From Promethearchaeota archaeon (lineage in GTDB: Archaea; Asgardarchaeota; Lokiarchaeia; Sigyniarchaeales; SOKP01): DNA of 64,000 bases. The position numbers and the translations under genes were made by a program. Positions within the stretch are counted from its first letter, which is position 1. The number at the start of each line of letters is the position of its first letter. Location: the NCBI GenBank assembly GCA_048941185.1, contig JBHLNW010000003.1:31238-95237 (forward strand), in the 5' to 3' direction. Positions 9,954-20,673 of the stretch are shown piece by piece. A model generated the notes under the pieces. The model saw only the letters and a list, made by a program, of their open reading frames with translations, did no database searches and was not told where the DNA came from.

Positions 9954-10322
9954 ATGTCATTAGGAGATAAAGATTTAATTGAATTAGCAAAAAATGTCTT
10001 TTCTGAAAAATATGATTTAATAGAAGGTCCAGTCCAAATGAAAGGCAAATCAGGTAAATCTTGGACTTTTGATGCGATTGTAAAAAACAAACTTAATAAA
10101 TTTGGAGTTTTTGTCCGAGATTGGAAAAGGGAAATCTCAATTACTCAATTAAGGCAATTGCATAAAGCCTGTATTGATACTAACATTGAAGGGGGGATTA
10201 TGATTTGTAATGTCATTACTGATTTTTCTCGAGAATATAGCTCGCAATTTGGAATTCAATTACTCTCAAGAGGTCACCTTATCTCCACCTTACGAAGAAG
10301 AAGATTTCAAAACGATTATTAA
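9954..10322 (+). CDS. Stand-alone Mrr-like restriction-endonuclease-fold protein, catalytic motif degenerate
   Basis: GKSGKSWTFDAIV, GVFVRDW (in place of ExK), I..TQLRQL, GGIMI....T...E.....GIQLL is the Mrr_cat pattern. Confidence 0.65.
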   Translation: MSLGDKDLIELAKNVFSEKYDLIEGPVQMKGKSGKSWTFDAIVKNKLNKFGVFVRDWKREISITQLRQLHKACIDTNIEGGIMICNVITDFSREYSSQFGIQLLSRGHLISTLRRRRFQNDY

Positions 10323-10465
10323 GACTTCTAATTCTTATATTTTATTATAGATTAAATTCCCAAATTCATTTTGAGTTCCCTCAACAGAATGGATTATAAT
10401 ATTAAAAATTTATAAATCAATAAGATTATAATATAATATTAGGAAGAAATTCAAGCGATTGTAAT

Positions 10466-10759
10466 TTGATAGTTGTATACCAGTTTAATAAAGAATTAGG
10501 AGATTTTAATGAAATAGAGGTTGAGGAAAATGTTCCTTTATTTGAATTATTAGATTCAAATAAAATTATACTTTTTGTGGATATTCATGACGGGAAGGTC
10601 TGGATTTGGGAAGGTAAAAATACAAATCCTAGAATGAAATTTATGTCCGTACAAGCAGCACCTAATATAAGGGATAAGCATGATATATCTTTTACAATAA
10701 CATCTGTAGATGAAGGTCAAGAAACTGCCGCTTTTAAAATATTAGTTGGTCTTGTATAA
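10466..10759 (+). CDS. Single-domain gelsolin-like protein (Asgard eukaryotic signature protein)
   Basis: LLDSNKIILFVD...KVWIWEGKNTNPRMKFMSVQAAPNIRD...ITSVDEGQETAAF matches the gelsolin repeat consensus (L.S...F.LD....I.VW.G......K..A...A......V.EG.E...F). TTG start. Confidence 0.8.
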   Translation: MIVVYQFNKELGDFNEIEVEENVPLFELLDSNKIILFVDIHDGKVWIWEGKNTNPRMKFMSVQAAPNIRDKHDISFTITSVDEGQETAAFKILVGLV

Positions 10760-10859
10760 ATTAGTTTAATATTAAAGAGTAATAATTGTATATATATCAT
10801 AATAATCATTCTTTTTAAAATATAATTCTGGTTTTTGATTTAAAGAGGATTGATTAAAA

Positions 10860-11933
10860 ATGCAGTTATTTAAAGACGCAATTGGTCTAAAAAGTAGAAA
10901 GGAAAGACCTTATGGGACAATATCTTCAAAAGGCCAGTATAACGAAATGATGGAGAATGCAAAAAAAATAGCAAATGATATTTCGACTAAAGCCGGTGTT
11001 ATAGGGATAACTCTATGTGGAGGCCTTAGTAGAGGTTATGCTGATGAATTATCTGAAATTGATTTAAATATTTATTTAGAAGATGATGTTTATAATGACT
11101 GGATTACTGGTATGGGGCCACTCCCTCATAGTGATGCATTATGGAATGATAATTATATAGATATTGAATTCCTTTCATTTGACAAGGAGTTTAAAGAGGA
11201 ATGGGATTTAATTAAAAAATGGGATGCCTCCTATAATGTTATTTTATATGATCCAGAAGATAAGATCAAAGCTTTACTCAATAAAAAAGATGTTTTTTCT
11301 TCTCAAGAAAAGTTTCATTGCCTCTCAAAAGCTTTTGGGAAGTGCATGTATATTGGAAATTTAGTTGTTTTACAATGGATTAATAGAGGGGATCCTATTT
11401 CAGCTAATCAATTAATAACTAATGCGCTTCTTGGTTTAACAAGTTTAGTATTTTTAGCAAATGATGAATATCCTCCTTATGAAAAGTGGGCTTTGAATTA
11501 TTCTTACTCTCTCAAATGGTTACCTAAAGATTGGAAAAAAAGAGTTTCTGAAGTCCTTCTTACTAAAGAAATTTCAATAAAAGAAGCTGAAAGAAGGCGT
11601 GCTTTATTTATTGAGTTATATAAAGATTGTTGGGAGAAAGTTGTCGGTAAAGAATCAAGAGATTTAGAACTAATTGATTTAATTTCATTGCGGGAATTAC
11701 AATTTATTATTGATAATTCACCAGTTTCTTTTGAAAAATTTGCAGACAGTTTTGATATAAAACACTTATCATATGAACCAATATATAAATTTACTAATAT
11801 TATTATCAAAGAAAATATGAAGTTTATTTACTTCAATCATGAAAAATTTATCGAACAAAAAGCAGCAAATTTCCCCGAAATATTAGAGTGGAGTAAATTA
11901 TTTCTTAATAAGTTAAAATTACCACAAGAGTAG
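10860..11933 (+). CDS. Pol-beta superfamily nucleotidyltransferase with DUF4037-like helical domain
   Basis: GITLCGGLSRGYADELSEIDL signature, and LVFLANDEYPPYEKW. Confidence 0.75.
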   Translation: MQLFKDAIGLKSRKERPYGTISSKGQYNEMMENAKKIANDISTKAGVIGITLCGGLSRGYADELSEIDLNIYLEDDVYNDWITGMGPLPHSDALWNDNYIDIEFLSFDKEFKEEWDLIKKWDASYNVILYDPEDKIKALLNKKDVFSSQEKFHCLSKAFGKCMYIGNLVVLQWINRGDPISANQLITNALLGLTSLVFLANDEYPPYEKWALNYSYSLKWLPKDWKKRVSEVLLTKEISIKEAERRRALFIELYKDCWEKVVGKESRDLELIDLISLRELQFIIDNSPVSFEKFADSFDIKHLSYEPIYKFTNIIIKENMKFIYFNHEKFIEQKAANFPEILEWSKLFLNKLKLPQE

Positions 11934-11942
11934 TATGGAAAA

Positions 11943-14075
11943 TTGAATTCGAAGAAAAAGGAGCCAGAAGAAGAGTATATATTTGAGTTTTATGACGAAG
12001 ATTATGCTGAATCCTTAGAAGATACTCAAGTCGTTATTGAGGATTATAAAGAAGTATTATTTGAACAGGATTTGAACGAAGAACAGTTAAAAATCATTAA
12101 TAATATAAAAGGACCAATGTTAATTATTGCTGGTGCTGGTAGTGGTAAAACAAGAACAATTACTTACTCAGTGGCAAAATTACTGTTATCAGGTGTGAAA
12201 CCAAGTGAAATCATGCTTGTAACCTTCACAAATAAAGCTGCAAATGAAATGATAAGGCGTGTAGAGACTCTTTTAGGAAAAAGACCAAAAGGAATTTGGG
12301 GTGGAACCTTTCACTCTATAGCTAATCGTTTTATTCGAAGATATGCTAAGATACTAGGTTTAAAAGCAAATTATATAATTATGGATGAAACAGATGCTCG
12401 TGCATTGATGAAACTTTCAATTGAGAAAGCAAATGTTAAAGAATTACAAGAAAGGTTTCCAAATTCTAGGATGGCAAAAGATATTTTGTCTTTTTCTATA
12501 AATTGTAATAAAAACATTCGAGATATTATCCTTTGGAAATACAATCAATTTGACAATGATAATGTTATTAAAAAATTAGAAGAAGTTTTTAAAATTTATA
12601 GAGAAAAGAAGGCTCAAGATAATTTGGTTGATTTTGATGATTTATTAATTTATTGGAATCAATTATTGGATGAAAGAGCAGTTGCTCAACTAATTGCCAA
12701 GAAAATAAAATATGTTCTAGTGGATGAATATCAAGATACAAACTATATCCAGGATGAGATTATATATAAAATTGCTAAACAGAATCCAGAGAATAATGTC
12801 ATATCTGTAGGTGATGATGCACAAAGCATTTATGCATTTAGAGGAGCTAATTTTGAAAATATTCTCAATTTTGAAAAAAGATACAAAAATTGTAAGAGAT
12901 ATACTATAACTTATAATTATAGAAGCGTACCTGAAATTCTAAAATTAGCAAATAATTCCATCGAGCATAATGAGAAACAATTTAAGAAGTCTATGCGCAC
13001 CACTCGCCCTAAAGGAATTTTACCTTTTCAAATAAACTTAGGAGATGATATGGATCAAGCAAGATTTATTGTGAATCAGATCTTAAAATTACGTTCAGAT
13101 GGGTTTGAATTAGATGAGATGGCAATATTAATTAGAGCAGGTTCTCATTCATTAAGAATAGAACTTGAATTAAGAGCAAAGAACATACCTTATGAAGTTC
13201 GAGCAGGTGTAGCTTTTTTTGAAAGAGCGCATATTAAAGACATTTTAGCTCATTTAAGAATCATCGAAAATCCCTATGATGAAGTCTCATGGTCTAGAAT
13301 TTTCTCAATTATCCAAGGAATTGGAACAACCTCTGGTTCTAAAATTTTTGAAGCAATTTCTATAATAGAACATCCAATTGATGCTTTAATCAACAAAATG
13401 TTTTATGCTGAAAAATTAAAAGGATCTCATATATCTAAAGATGGAATAAAAAATTTAATCTCTTATGTTAAAAAATTAATTGATTTTACACCTGACGATA
13501 ATCCATCAGAAGTTATTCAAAATTTGATAAAAGTTCTTGAAGATCATTTGAAATCGAAGTATGATAACTGGGAAGAACGAATTGAAGATTTAAAGCAATT
13601 AGGCATCTATTCACTAAATTTTCCTACTATTCGTAAATTCTTAGAAAATTTAAGTTTAAACATCTCTAATCTAGAATCCAGAACAGTTCATGCTGGTGAT
13701 AAAACAGAAGAAGAAAAACCAATAATACTATCCACGGTCCATAGGGCAAAAGGTCTTGAATGGCGAGTTGTATTTATCCCTATGCTATGTGAAGATTCAT
13801 TTCCTTCAGGTCGAAGTATAGGTGATCCAGATGCTTTCGAGGAGGAACGTAGAGTATTTTATGTTGCGATAACAAGAGCAAAAGATCAACTATATCTTAT
13901 CTCACCATCTATAAAAAATACATATCGAGGTCCTCAAATATTAAGACCTTCTCCATTTATTTCTGAATTAAATCCCAAAGTCTATAGAAAATCTTCAGTT
14001 CAATTTAAATCTGATAAAAAAGACGAGAAAATTGATAAAAAAGACTTATTTAAATCAGCTATAGATCTTTTATAG
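11943..14075 (+). CDS. uvrD: UvrD/PcrA/Rep superfamily 1 DNA helicase
   Basis: AGAGSGKT, VTFTNKAA, GTFHS, VDEYQDTN, VGDDAQSIYAFRGA, NYRS, STVHRAKGLEW, EERRVFYVAITRAK. Confidence 0.95.
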   Translation: MNSKKKEPEEEYIFEFYDEDYAESLEDTQVVIEDYKEVLFEQDLNEEQLKIINNIKGPMLIIAGAGSGKTRTITYSVAKLLLSGVKPSEIMLVTFTNKAANEMIRRVETLLGKRPKGIWGGTFHSIANRFIRRYAKILGLKANYIIMDETDARALMKLSIEKANVKELQERFPNSRMAKDILSFSINCNKNIRDIILWKYNQFDNDNVIKKLEEVFKIYREKKAQDNLVDFDDLLIYWNQLLDERAVAQLIAKKIKYVLVDEYQDTNYIQDEIIYKIAKQNPENNVISVGDDAQSIYAFRGANFENILNFEKRYKNCKRYTITYNYRSVPEILKLANNSIEHNEKQFKKSMRTTRPKGILPFQINLGDDMDQARFIVNQILKLRSDGFELDEMAILIRAGSHSLRIELELRAKNIPYEVRAGVAFFERAHIKDILAHLRIIENPYDEVSWSRIFSIIQGIGTTSGSKIFEAISIIEHPIDALINKMFYAEKLKGSHISKDGIKNLISYVKKLIDFTPDDNPSEVIQNLIKVLEDHLKSKYDNWEERIEDLKQLGIYSLNFPTIRKFLENLSLNISNLESRTVHAGDKTEEEKPIILSTVHRAKGLEWRVVFIPMLCEDSFPSGRSIGDPDAFEEERRVFYVAITRAKDQLYLISPSIKNTYRGPQILRPSPFISELNPKVYRKSSVQFKSDKKDEKIDKKDLFKSAIDLL

Positions 14076-14231
14076 ACTACTAAACTTGTTAACTCTTTGA
14101 GTTTTATTTATTATTACAAATAATAACTTCAAAACACTTTATAGCAAATTTAAGTTTCCATTAATACATTTTTTTATTTAATAAAACAAGATTATAATAT
14201 TTATCCATAAGGGAAAAGTTTTTAGATAAAA

Positions 14232-15974
14232 ATGATAATTAAAATAAATTCTCTGGAAAGCACAATAGAAATTTTTTATGAAAAGTATATCCATCTTCAT
14301 GGATTTATTAAACTTGAAGCAGAAAGTGATGAAAATAAATATTTCATTATTATTCAAATATTAAATGAACAGACTATTTCGGATTATGTCTTAACAAGAC
14401 AAAAATTAAAGAATGTAAAAATTACCGATTATATTACAGCTGAGTTAGAGACAGAACTGCAATACGTAATTCAGGGACGCCCAATTATCTGTACAGAAAT
14501 AAATAAAAAAACAAAACAAAAAGTTGACCATAACATCAATGTATTTTTCATTATTGAAGATTTAATGGAAAAAGAAGTTTTAAAACCACACTCGATGAAA
14601 ATATCTGAAAATCAAGAAGATAGATCTGATTATTTAAAAAAGATTTTCACTCCTGAGGGAATTTTTATGGGAAATTTAGCTTCCGAATCAAAAGTTAATG
14701 TTTTTTTTCCTTTTAAATATCTAATGTATCACTTTTTCATAGCTGGAGCAACAGGAATGGGTAAATCAAATTTGAATCAAGTATTCATTGATGGATTACT
14801 TCAACATAATGCTAATGTTATTCTTAATGACACAGGGACCAAAATTTCAATGTTAGCAATAGACATGCATGATGAATATGCTCTAGGATGTATTAATTAT
14901 GGTGTAAATGATCTCTGTAAAGCATCTCAATATAACAAAAAATTATTCGGAAAATGGTTTTATCTTTATCCTAATAAAGGAATTCCTCCTGCTGAAGTTA
15001 AAAGTATGGCAGAACCATGTATTATTAATTATCAAGAAATTAAACCAGAAGATCTTTTCGCCACAGGATCTTTTAATGATTTACAGGTAGGAGCAATATT
15101 TTCAGCTTATAGGAGTGATCCAGAAAATTATATTGAGAATTTACTTACTGATGGTTATAAGCCCCCAGGTGGCCACGATGAAAAGACTATGGCAGCAATT
15201 AGAAGAAGGATGCACTGGCTGGAATACTCTGATATGTTTCAATCAAAAGCAATTAGCAAATTACCAAAAATTGTGAAAAAGTTGGAGAAAGGAGGTTTAA
15301 TTATATTTAATGCTTCAATGATATCTGATTTAGAACAGTTTTTATTTAATAGTGTTTTAGCACGAACATTATTTGATATCAGAAAATCTCTTAAATCTTC
15401 CACAGATCTGCCCACTTTAGAAAAAAAGTTAGAACAAATCCTTCCAAAAAATTTCTATGATAATTATAAAGCTAATATACAAAAAATTTATGTCAAAACA
15501 AGCACGTCGATTAAAGATCCTACTAAAATGCCAATAATTATTTTTACAATCGAAGAGGCTCCAAGTATACTGAGACCTGAAATGATGAAATATAGTAATG
15601 TATTTAAAGATATATCGCGTCAGGGAAGAAAATTTAACTTGGGTTTAGAAGTTATATCACAACAATACTCTCCCATTGATGATACCATCTTATCAAATAT
15701 GAACACCGTAATTAATTTACCTTTAAGATCTGATACTGAAAAAGCGGTTGCAGCCAAAACTTTAGGAGGAGGAATTCATTATAGTGATCTTGAATCATTG
15801 ACCGGAACTAGAGGAATTGCTTTAATTTCAGGGATATGGTTAACTAACTTTCAAAAACTAAGAATCCCATTATATGATGATTATTTTATGAATGTCTCAA
15901 AAAAATTTTATGAAGAATTCGCAAAAAATTTTACTGCTCAAGGAAGTAAACCACCTCCTACAGGATTACCATAA
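14232..15974 (+). CDS. herA: HerA-family hexameric DNA translocase/ATPase
   Basis: HFFIAGATGMGKS (Walker A), IDMHDEY, IEEAP (Walker B), RQGRKFNLGLEVISQ, ILSNMNT; sits in an operon with nurA/mre11/rad50. Confidence 0.9.
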   Translation: MIIKINSLESTIEIFYEKYIHLHGFIKLEAESDENKYFIIIQILNEQTISDYVLTRQKLKNVKITDYITAELETELQYVIQGRPIICTEINKKTKQKVDHNINVFFIIEDLMEKEVLKPHSMKISENQEDRSDYLKKIFTPEGIFMGNLASESKVNVFFPFKYLMYHFFIAGATGMGKSNLNQVFIDGLLQHNANVILNDTGTKISMLAIDMHDEYALGCINYGVNDLCKASQYNKKLFGKWFYLYPNKGIPPAEVKSMAEPCIINYQEIKPEDLFATGSFNDLQVGAIFSAYRSDPENYIENLLTDGYKPPGGHDEKTMAAIRRRMHWLEYSDMFQSKAISKLPKIVKKLEKGGLIIFNASMISDLEQFLFNSVLARTLFDIRKSLKSSTDLPTLEKKLEQILPKNFYDNYKANIQKIYVKTSTSIKDPTKMPIIIFTIEEAPSILRPEMMKYSNVFKDISRQGRKFNLGLEVISQQYSPIDDTILSNMNTVINLPLRSDTEKAVAAKTLGGGIHYSDLESLTGTRGIALISGIWLTNFQKLRIPLYDDYFMNVSKKFYEEFAKNFTAQGSKPPPTGLP

Positions 15975-16035
15975 GATTTTTAGATGAACCCATAAAGGTG
16001 CAATAAAAATTTCGTTCGATTTTGAATTAATATCA

Positions 16036-17208
16036 TTGGAAAAATCTTTTGAAGAAAGACCCGAAAGATCGGTAGATGAAGAAGTTAAAAAATTCAAAGA
16101 ATACATCCAAGAGAGAAGAGTGAAATGGACTGAAGAAGAAAAGATTGAATTGGAAACAGATAAATTTGATAACGATGAAAGCCTTAAAAATACTAATTCG
16201 ATCTTTATAGAAATGCCACATCACATAATTACAAGTGAAATATCCGATTATGTTGATAATGGTTATAATATAATTGGTTTCGATGAAAGTTCAAATGTCT
16301 TAAGTGGTACATATGCTAAGCTAGCATCTTTTAAATTTGGAGAATGTCAAATTATATTTAAAAATGGTAAGTATCATATAGAAAAAATAATGTACAAACC
16401 GATTAGTACATATATCGAAGATAATGAACATAAACTTATAATTTATCAAACTGTAATTGAGAATTTTATAAAAACTATAAGAAGGGACTTTTATATAAAG
16501 AATTTAAAAAATAAAGTAGATAAACTAGTTAATTGGTATAAATCAACCTATCAGCAAAAAATAAAGCAACATATTGATGCACACGACTTTTATTATCCAA
16601 CCATAGGACATGTAATAGATAGAATTAGAACAGCTGATGAAATATTAAAGTCTCTAGTTAGAATTAAAGATGTAAGTAATTGGGGGAAAAATGAAAATGT
16701 AGTATTTCTTGGTGATGGAATACAAATGTTTCGTCAGCATATTTTTCCCCCTAGTGCATTTACTGAATTTTTTTATAGATTTATTGAGACTTTTGATATA
16801 AAGTATTATAGTTTTTCAAAAACCTGCCGTCTGAGGGATGCTCAAGGCAATTTTATTTTGCCTATTTGGGCAGAGATTTTACATGATAAAAATTTCTTGG
16901 TTGAATTACCAGATCTCTCAATATATACAAAGAGCAAAGCATATATAACAAAATTACAACAAAATAGTTCAGCTCTAAGGTTTGATGTTTGTGACTATTT
17001 AGATACAAAAGATGCCATCTACGCTTTAAAAAATTTAATTCCTTATTCTCCAAGAGGATACCCTTTAAGTTTAAGCGGCGCACATGAAGCAAGCACATTA
17101 CTTGTATCAGAATATAATAAATTGGAAGGTACCTTCTTAGAGCTTCAGTTCGATAAAAAAACTAAAAATTATGCACAAGTATGGAGGAAAAAGGTTTTAG
17201 GTGAATAA
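16036..17208 (+). CDS. nurA: NurA-family 5'-3' nuclease (divergent)
   Basis: IIGFDESS (canonical DGS), VFLGDG, SFSK, C-terminal GYPLSLSGAHE; lies between herA and mre11. TTG start. Confidence 0.8.
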   Translation: MEKSFEERPERSVDEEVKKFKEYIQERRVKWTEEEKIELETDKFDNDESLKNTNSIFIEMPHHIITSEISDYVDNGYNIIGFDESSNVLSGTYAKLASFKFGECQIIFKNGKYHIEKIMYKPISTYIEDNEHKLIIYQTVIENFIKTIRRDFYIKNLKNKVDKLVNWYKSTYQQKIKQHIDAHDFYYPTIGHVIDRIRTADEILKSLVRIKDVSNWGKNENVVFLGDGIQMFRQHIFPPSAFTEFFYRFIETFDIKYYSFSKTCRLRDAQGNFILPIWAEILHDKNFLVELPDLSIYTKSKAYITKLQQNSSALRFDVCDYLDTKDAIYALKNLIPYSPRGYPLSLSGAHEASTLLVSEYNKLEGTFLELQFDKKTKNYAQVWRKKVLGE

Positions 17209-17237
17209 GATTTTGAATGGGTATAATGTACTATTAA

Positions 17238-18560
17238 ATGGAGGGAAATATAGTGGTTAGAATTATCCATATGTCAGATACTCATTTAGGATATCGACCA
17301 AGCAGAGGAACAATAAACAAGTGGGCTATTGAAAATTATTCAAAACCATATGAGCAAGAAATTTATGATTGTTTCCTTAATATAATGAATGAGATCTCTA
17401 ATATCAAAGATATCGATTTTTTAGTACACTGCGGAGATATCTTTCATCATCCATCAAAATATAGCTCTTATCCTCCTCTTGAACCAGCAAGAAGGACACT
17501 GAAACAAGGTTTACAAATCTTTTTTGAAAACACAAATAATCAAGTTCCATTTATCTATATTGAGGGAAATCATGGTGTTTTCAGAGGTTATGAATATACT
17601 CCATTTGAATCACATATTAATAAAGATCAATATCCAAACCTTTATTATTTTAAAGAAAGAGATTTATTAGACGCAATTAAATCAAATAATTCTTTATCAT
17701 TAGAATTTCCCGATAAGAGAATAAGATTTTATTTATTTCCCTATTTTGAATTTAAAAGTTTTGAAGTTTATGAAACAACATATGATAATTGGATACAAAA
17801 CCAGAGACCGAAAGACAAAGATTTTATTAATATTGCTTTAGCTCATGGTTCTATAGGTGATGAAACATTACATAATAAAATTAATTCTGATGATTTTGGT
17901 TATGATTATGTCGCTTTAGGCCATGAACATGGTTTTAAACGTGTTTCAGGAAACCATTATTATCCAGGATGTCTATTACCTATGAATTTTAAAGAAAAAC
18001 TTGAAAATCAAGCTTATTTAATAATTGATATCAACGATAAAACAAGAGATTTAAACATTGAAATAAAGTTTACTGATAAATTGCTTAATCGGTCTTTTGA
18101 GTTGATTCATCATGATTCAAATCCAAAAGAGTCTACATTAGATTTAGAAAATTGGATACAAAATGAATTGAGCAAATATATAACAAATGAAGGTTTCAAT
18201 CCAGAAACTTCTGCGAGATTAAAATTTAATTTTGTTGGAGAGATGACATATGAAAAAACATGGCAAATCAATGAACTGATGCTAAAAATAAGAAGAAATT
18301 GTTTTTCTCAATCCGAAAAATATAACATCTTACAATTGATTTGGAAAATTTCTGATATATCTGAATCTTTTGAGAATGATATTAGTGCTGGAATAATCCA
18401 AGATTATATACTGGAAAAGCCAGATGATGAATTCAGAGCATTTGTGCAAGAAAAATTGAGTGAAGATAAAACTCAATATGATGTGGATAAATTAACTGAA
18501 TTTGGGATGAGAGCAATAAAAAAAGCCCTTCTAATAATGGAGAAAGAAAAAGAGGTTTAA
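17238..18560 (+). CDS. mre11: Mre11/SbcD DNA double-strand break repair nuclease
   Basis: HMSDTHLG, GDIFH, GNHG, AHG and ALGHEH phosphoesterase motifs. The start may be the GTG a few codons downstream, after GGAGGG. Confidence 0.92.
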   Translation: MEGNIVVRIIHMSDTHLGYRPSRGTINKWAIENYSKPYEQEIYDCFLNIMNEISNIKDIDFLVHCGDIFHHPSKYSSYPPLEPARRTLKQGLQIFFENTNNQVPFIYIEGNHGVFRGYEYTPFESHINKDQYPNLYYFKERDLLDAIKSNNSLSLEFPDKRIRFYLFPYFEFKSFEVYETTYDNWIQNQRPKDKDFINIALAHGSIGDETLHNKINSDDFGYDYVALGHEHGFKRVSGNHYYPGCLLPMNFKEKLENQAYLIIDINDKTRDLNIEIKFTDKLLNRSFELIHHDSNPKESTLDLENWIQNELSKYITNEGFNPETSARLKFNFVGEMTYEKTWQINELMLKIRRNCFSQSEKYNILQLIWKISDISESFENDISAGIIQDYILEKPDDEFRAFVQEKLSEDKTQYDVDKLTEFGMRAIKKALLIMEKEKEV

Positions 18561-18566
18561 TTTTTT

Positions 18567-20663
18567 ATGCACATTACAAAACTCACGTTTAATAACTTCA
18601 TGGGATACAAGAAATTGAACCTACCAAAACAAAATGATGAATTTCCTAAAGGCTTAATTTTAATAAATGGAAAAAATTCTTATGGAAAATCTACTATTCT
18701 TGAAGGAATCTTATTTGCATTTTTTGGTCCTAAAATATTTAAAGGGAGAAATGCAGCTTCATTTATCACTTATGGAGTACAAGAAAAAGCAGAAATATAT
18801 GTGTATTTCACTCTTGATAAAAAAAAATACTATATATTTCGAAAGTGGGGAAGAACAGGAACGATTACTACTAAGTTATTTGAATGGAACTCAAAAAAAA
18901 TGTTGTATCGCGAATTAAAGACCTTCAATGTTGAAAAATTTTTTGAAATATCTTCAGAGCAGGCAACAAGCACTGTATTCGTAAGACAAGGTGAAGTAGA
19001 AGATATAGCAAATAAGAAAGGAGCAGAATTAAGAGAGATGATTATTGATTTATTTAGATTAAATATAATCGATAATGCTCTTTCTTTTTTAGATACTGAT
19101 TTTAAAGCAAGGAAACATGAAAAAGAAAGCCTTGAAAAATCCAGAGTGCCCATTGAACGAATTGAAGAAGATATAGAGCGTATTGATAAAGAAAATAATC
19201 AATTTAAGAAAGAGATAATAGAAAAAGAGAAGAAAAGGGAAGATTTATCTAATAAGATTTCAAGTTTTCCTTCTAATGAATTAATATCTAATCTGCAGAA
19301 ATTATATAATCAAAAAGAATCAACTAAAGATAAATTTCAATCTTATTATAATGATTTTAAACTTAAAATAAAAAAAACTGATTTAAATTTAGAAGATTTT
19401 GATTCCCAAGAAACGATAATCAATAAAATTGAGGCACTAAAGTCGAATAAAAACATATTACAGACTGATAAAGATGAATTAGATAAAAAAAGAGAGGCTA
19501 CATTCAAGGGATTAGGAAAAACTAAAGGTAGAATTGAAGATATTAAAAAAACGATCAAAAAAATGGAAACTAGTTTAAAATTTACCAAGAAAGGCAAGGG
19601 AGAAGAATTAGCTCTATGTCCTACATGTCAGAAAGAATTAACTAAAGAGCATTATAATGAAATGATTCAGAAATTTAGTAACGAAATAGAAGTAAATCAG
19701 AATAAGGTTGATTCAATCTCAAAAATTTTAAGTGAATTTGATAAAAAAATTAAAAATTGTCAATTTGAATTAGATAAGATTAAAGAAATGATAATTATTC
19801 ATCAAGGGCTTAAAACTGATTTCGAAAATTATAAAAAATATGAATCAGAGCTCAATAAATTTGAGAATGATTTAATGGACTTCTTATCTCAACATGGGGA
19901 TAGTTTTGAAGACTCAAGTATTGAAGGTGTGAAAAAAATCACAATTACAAAAGAAAGAATTTCAACTGAGTTGAAGGCAAGCGAAAATGAATTGAATGAA
20001 AAACAAGTAAAACTTCAAAAAAGTATTAAAAGATTAGAAGAACTACATAGTGAAATTCGAAAAATGACCGATATTCAAGCTAAAATCGATCTGCATGAAA
20101 TTGATATTGAACATATTACAAAAGCGAAAGAATTTGTGCGTAGGTTTGTTACTGAATATATGGTTGTGAAACGTTTAGTAAAAAATATTGCTTTAAGCAC
20201 AGAAAAATATATCAAAGATTTTACATCTGGTCAATACAGCGACCTATTACTCGATTTGAGCGGAACTAAAAAAACAGGCTTATCTTTAAGAATTAGAGAT
20301 AATTTTAATGGAGAATACGAGTCAACTGAGGTTCTCTCAGGAGGAGATCGCACTGCTTTAGGAATTGCTCTACGATTAGCAATCTCAGAGTTAATGGGAT
20401 CAATTCGTCCTACTAAAGAATCACCTAGAAAAAATCCAAAAATAGATTTCTTATTATTAGATGAACCATTAGCTGCTTTAGATGAAACAAGAAGGGAAAG
20501 AATTCTTAAACATTTAATTAGGTCAAAATCTTTTTCTCAGATATTTCTTATAACTCACACAGTTATTCCTCAGGATATTAGTACATCAAAAATAATAGTT
20601 GAGAAAGATCTTTCTACCGGAATAAGTCGAGCAAGGTTTGAAAAACCCAGAATTATTATTTAA
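18567..20663 (+). CDS. rad50: Rad50/SbcC SMC-family ATPase with short coiled coils
   Basis: GKNSYGKST, FVRQGE (Q-loop), central CPTC zinc hook, LSGG signature, LLDEP Walker B/D-loop, ITH. Confidence 0.95.
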   Translation: MHITKLTFNNFMGYKKLNLPKQNDEFPKGLILINGKNSYGKSTILEGILFAFFGPKIFKGRNAASFITYGVQEKAEIYVYFTLDKKKYYIFRKWGRTGTITTKLFEWNSKKMLYRELKTFNVEKFFEISSEQATSTVFVRQGEVEDIANKKGAELREMIIDLFRLNIIDNALSFLDTDFKARKHEKESLEKSRVPIERIEEDIERIDKENNQFKKEIIEKEKKREDLSNKISSFPSNELISNLQKLYNQKESTKDKFQSYYNDFKLKIKKTDLNLEDFDSQETIINKIEALKSNKNILQTDKDELDKKREATFKGLGKTKGRIEDIKKTIKKMETSLKFTKKGKGEELALCPTCQKELTKEHYNEMIQKFSNEIEVNQNKVDSISKILSEFDKKIKNCQFELDKIKEMIIIHQGLKTDFENYKKYESELNKFENDLMDFLSQHGDSFEDSSIEGVKKITITKERISTELKASENELNEKQVKLQKSIKRLEELHSEIRKMTDIQAKIDLHEIDIEHITKAKEFVRRFVTEYMVVKRLVKNIALSTEKYIKDFTSGQYSDLLLDLSGTKKTGLSLRIRDNFNGEYESTEVLSGGDRTALGIALRLAISELMGSIRPTKESPRKNPKIDFLLLDEPLAALDETRRERILKHLIRSKSFSQIFLITHTVIPQDISTSKIIVEKDLSTGISRARFEKPRIII

Positions 20664-20673
20664 TATCAATATC

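Noticed and set aside
14232-17208. HerA-based anti-phage system (e.g. SIR2-HerA)
   Set aside because: The partner genes are NurA, Mre11 and Rad50, which is the DNA end-resection set; no sirtuin or other defence effector is adjacent.
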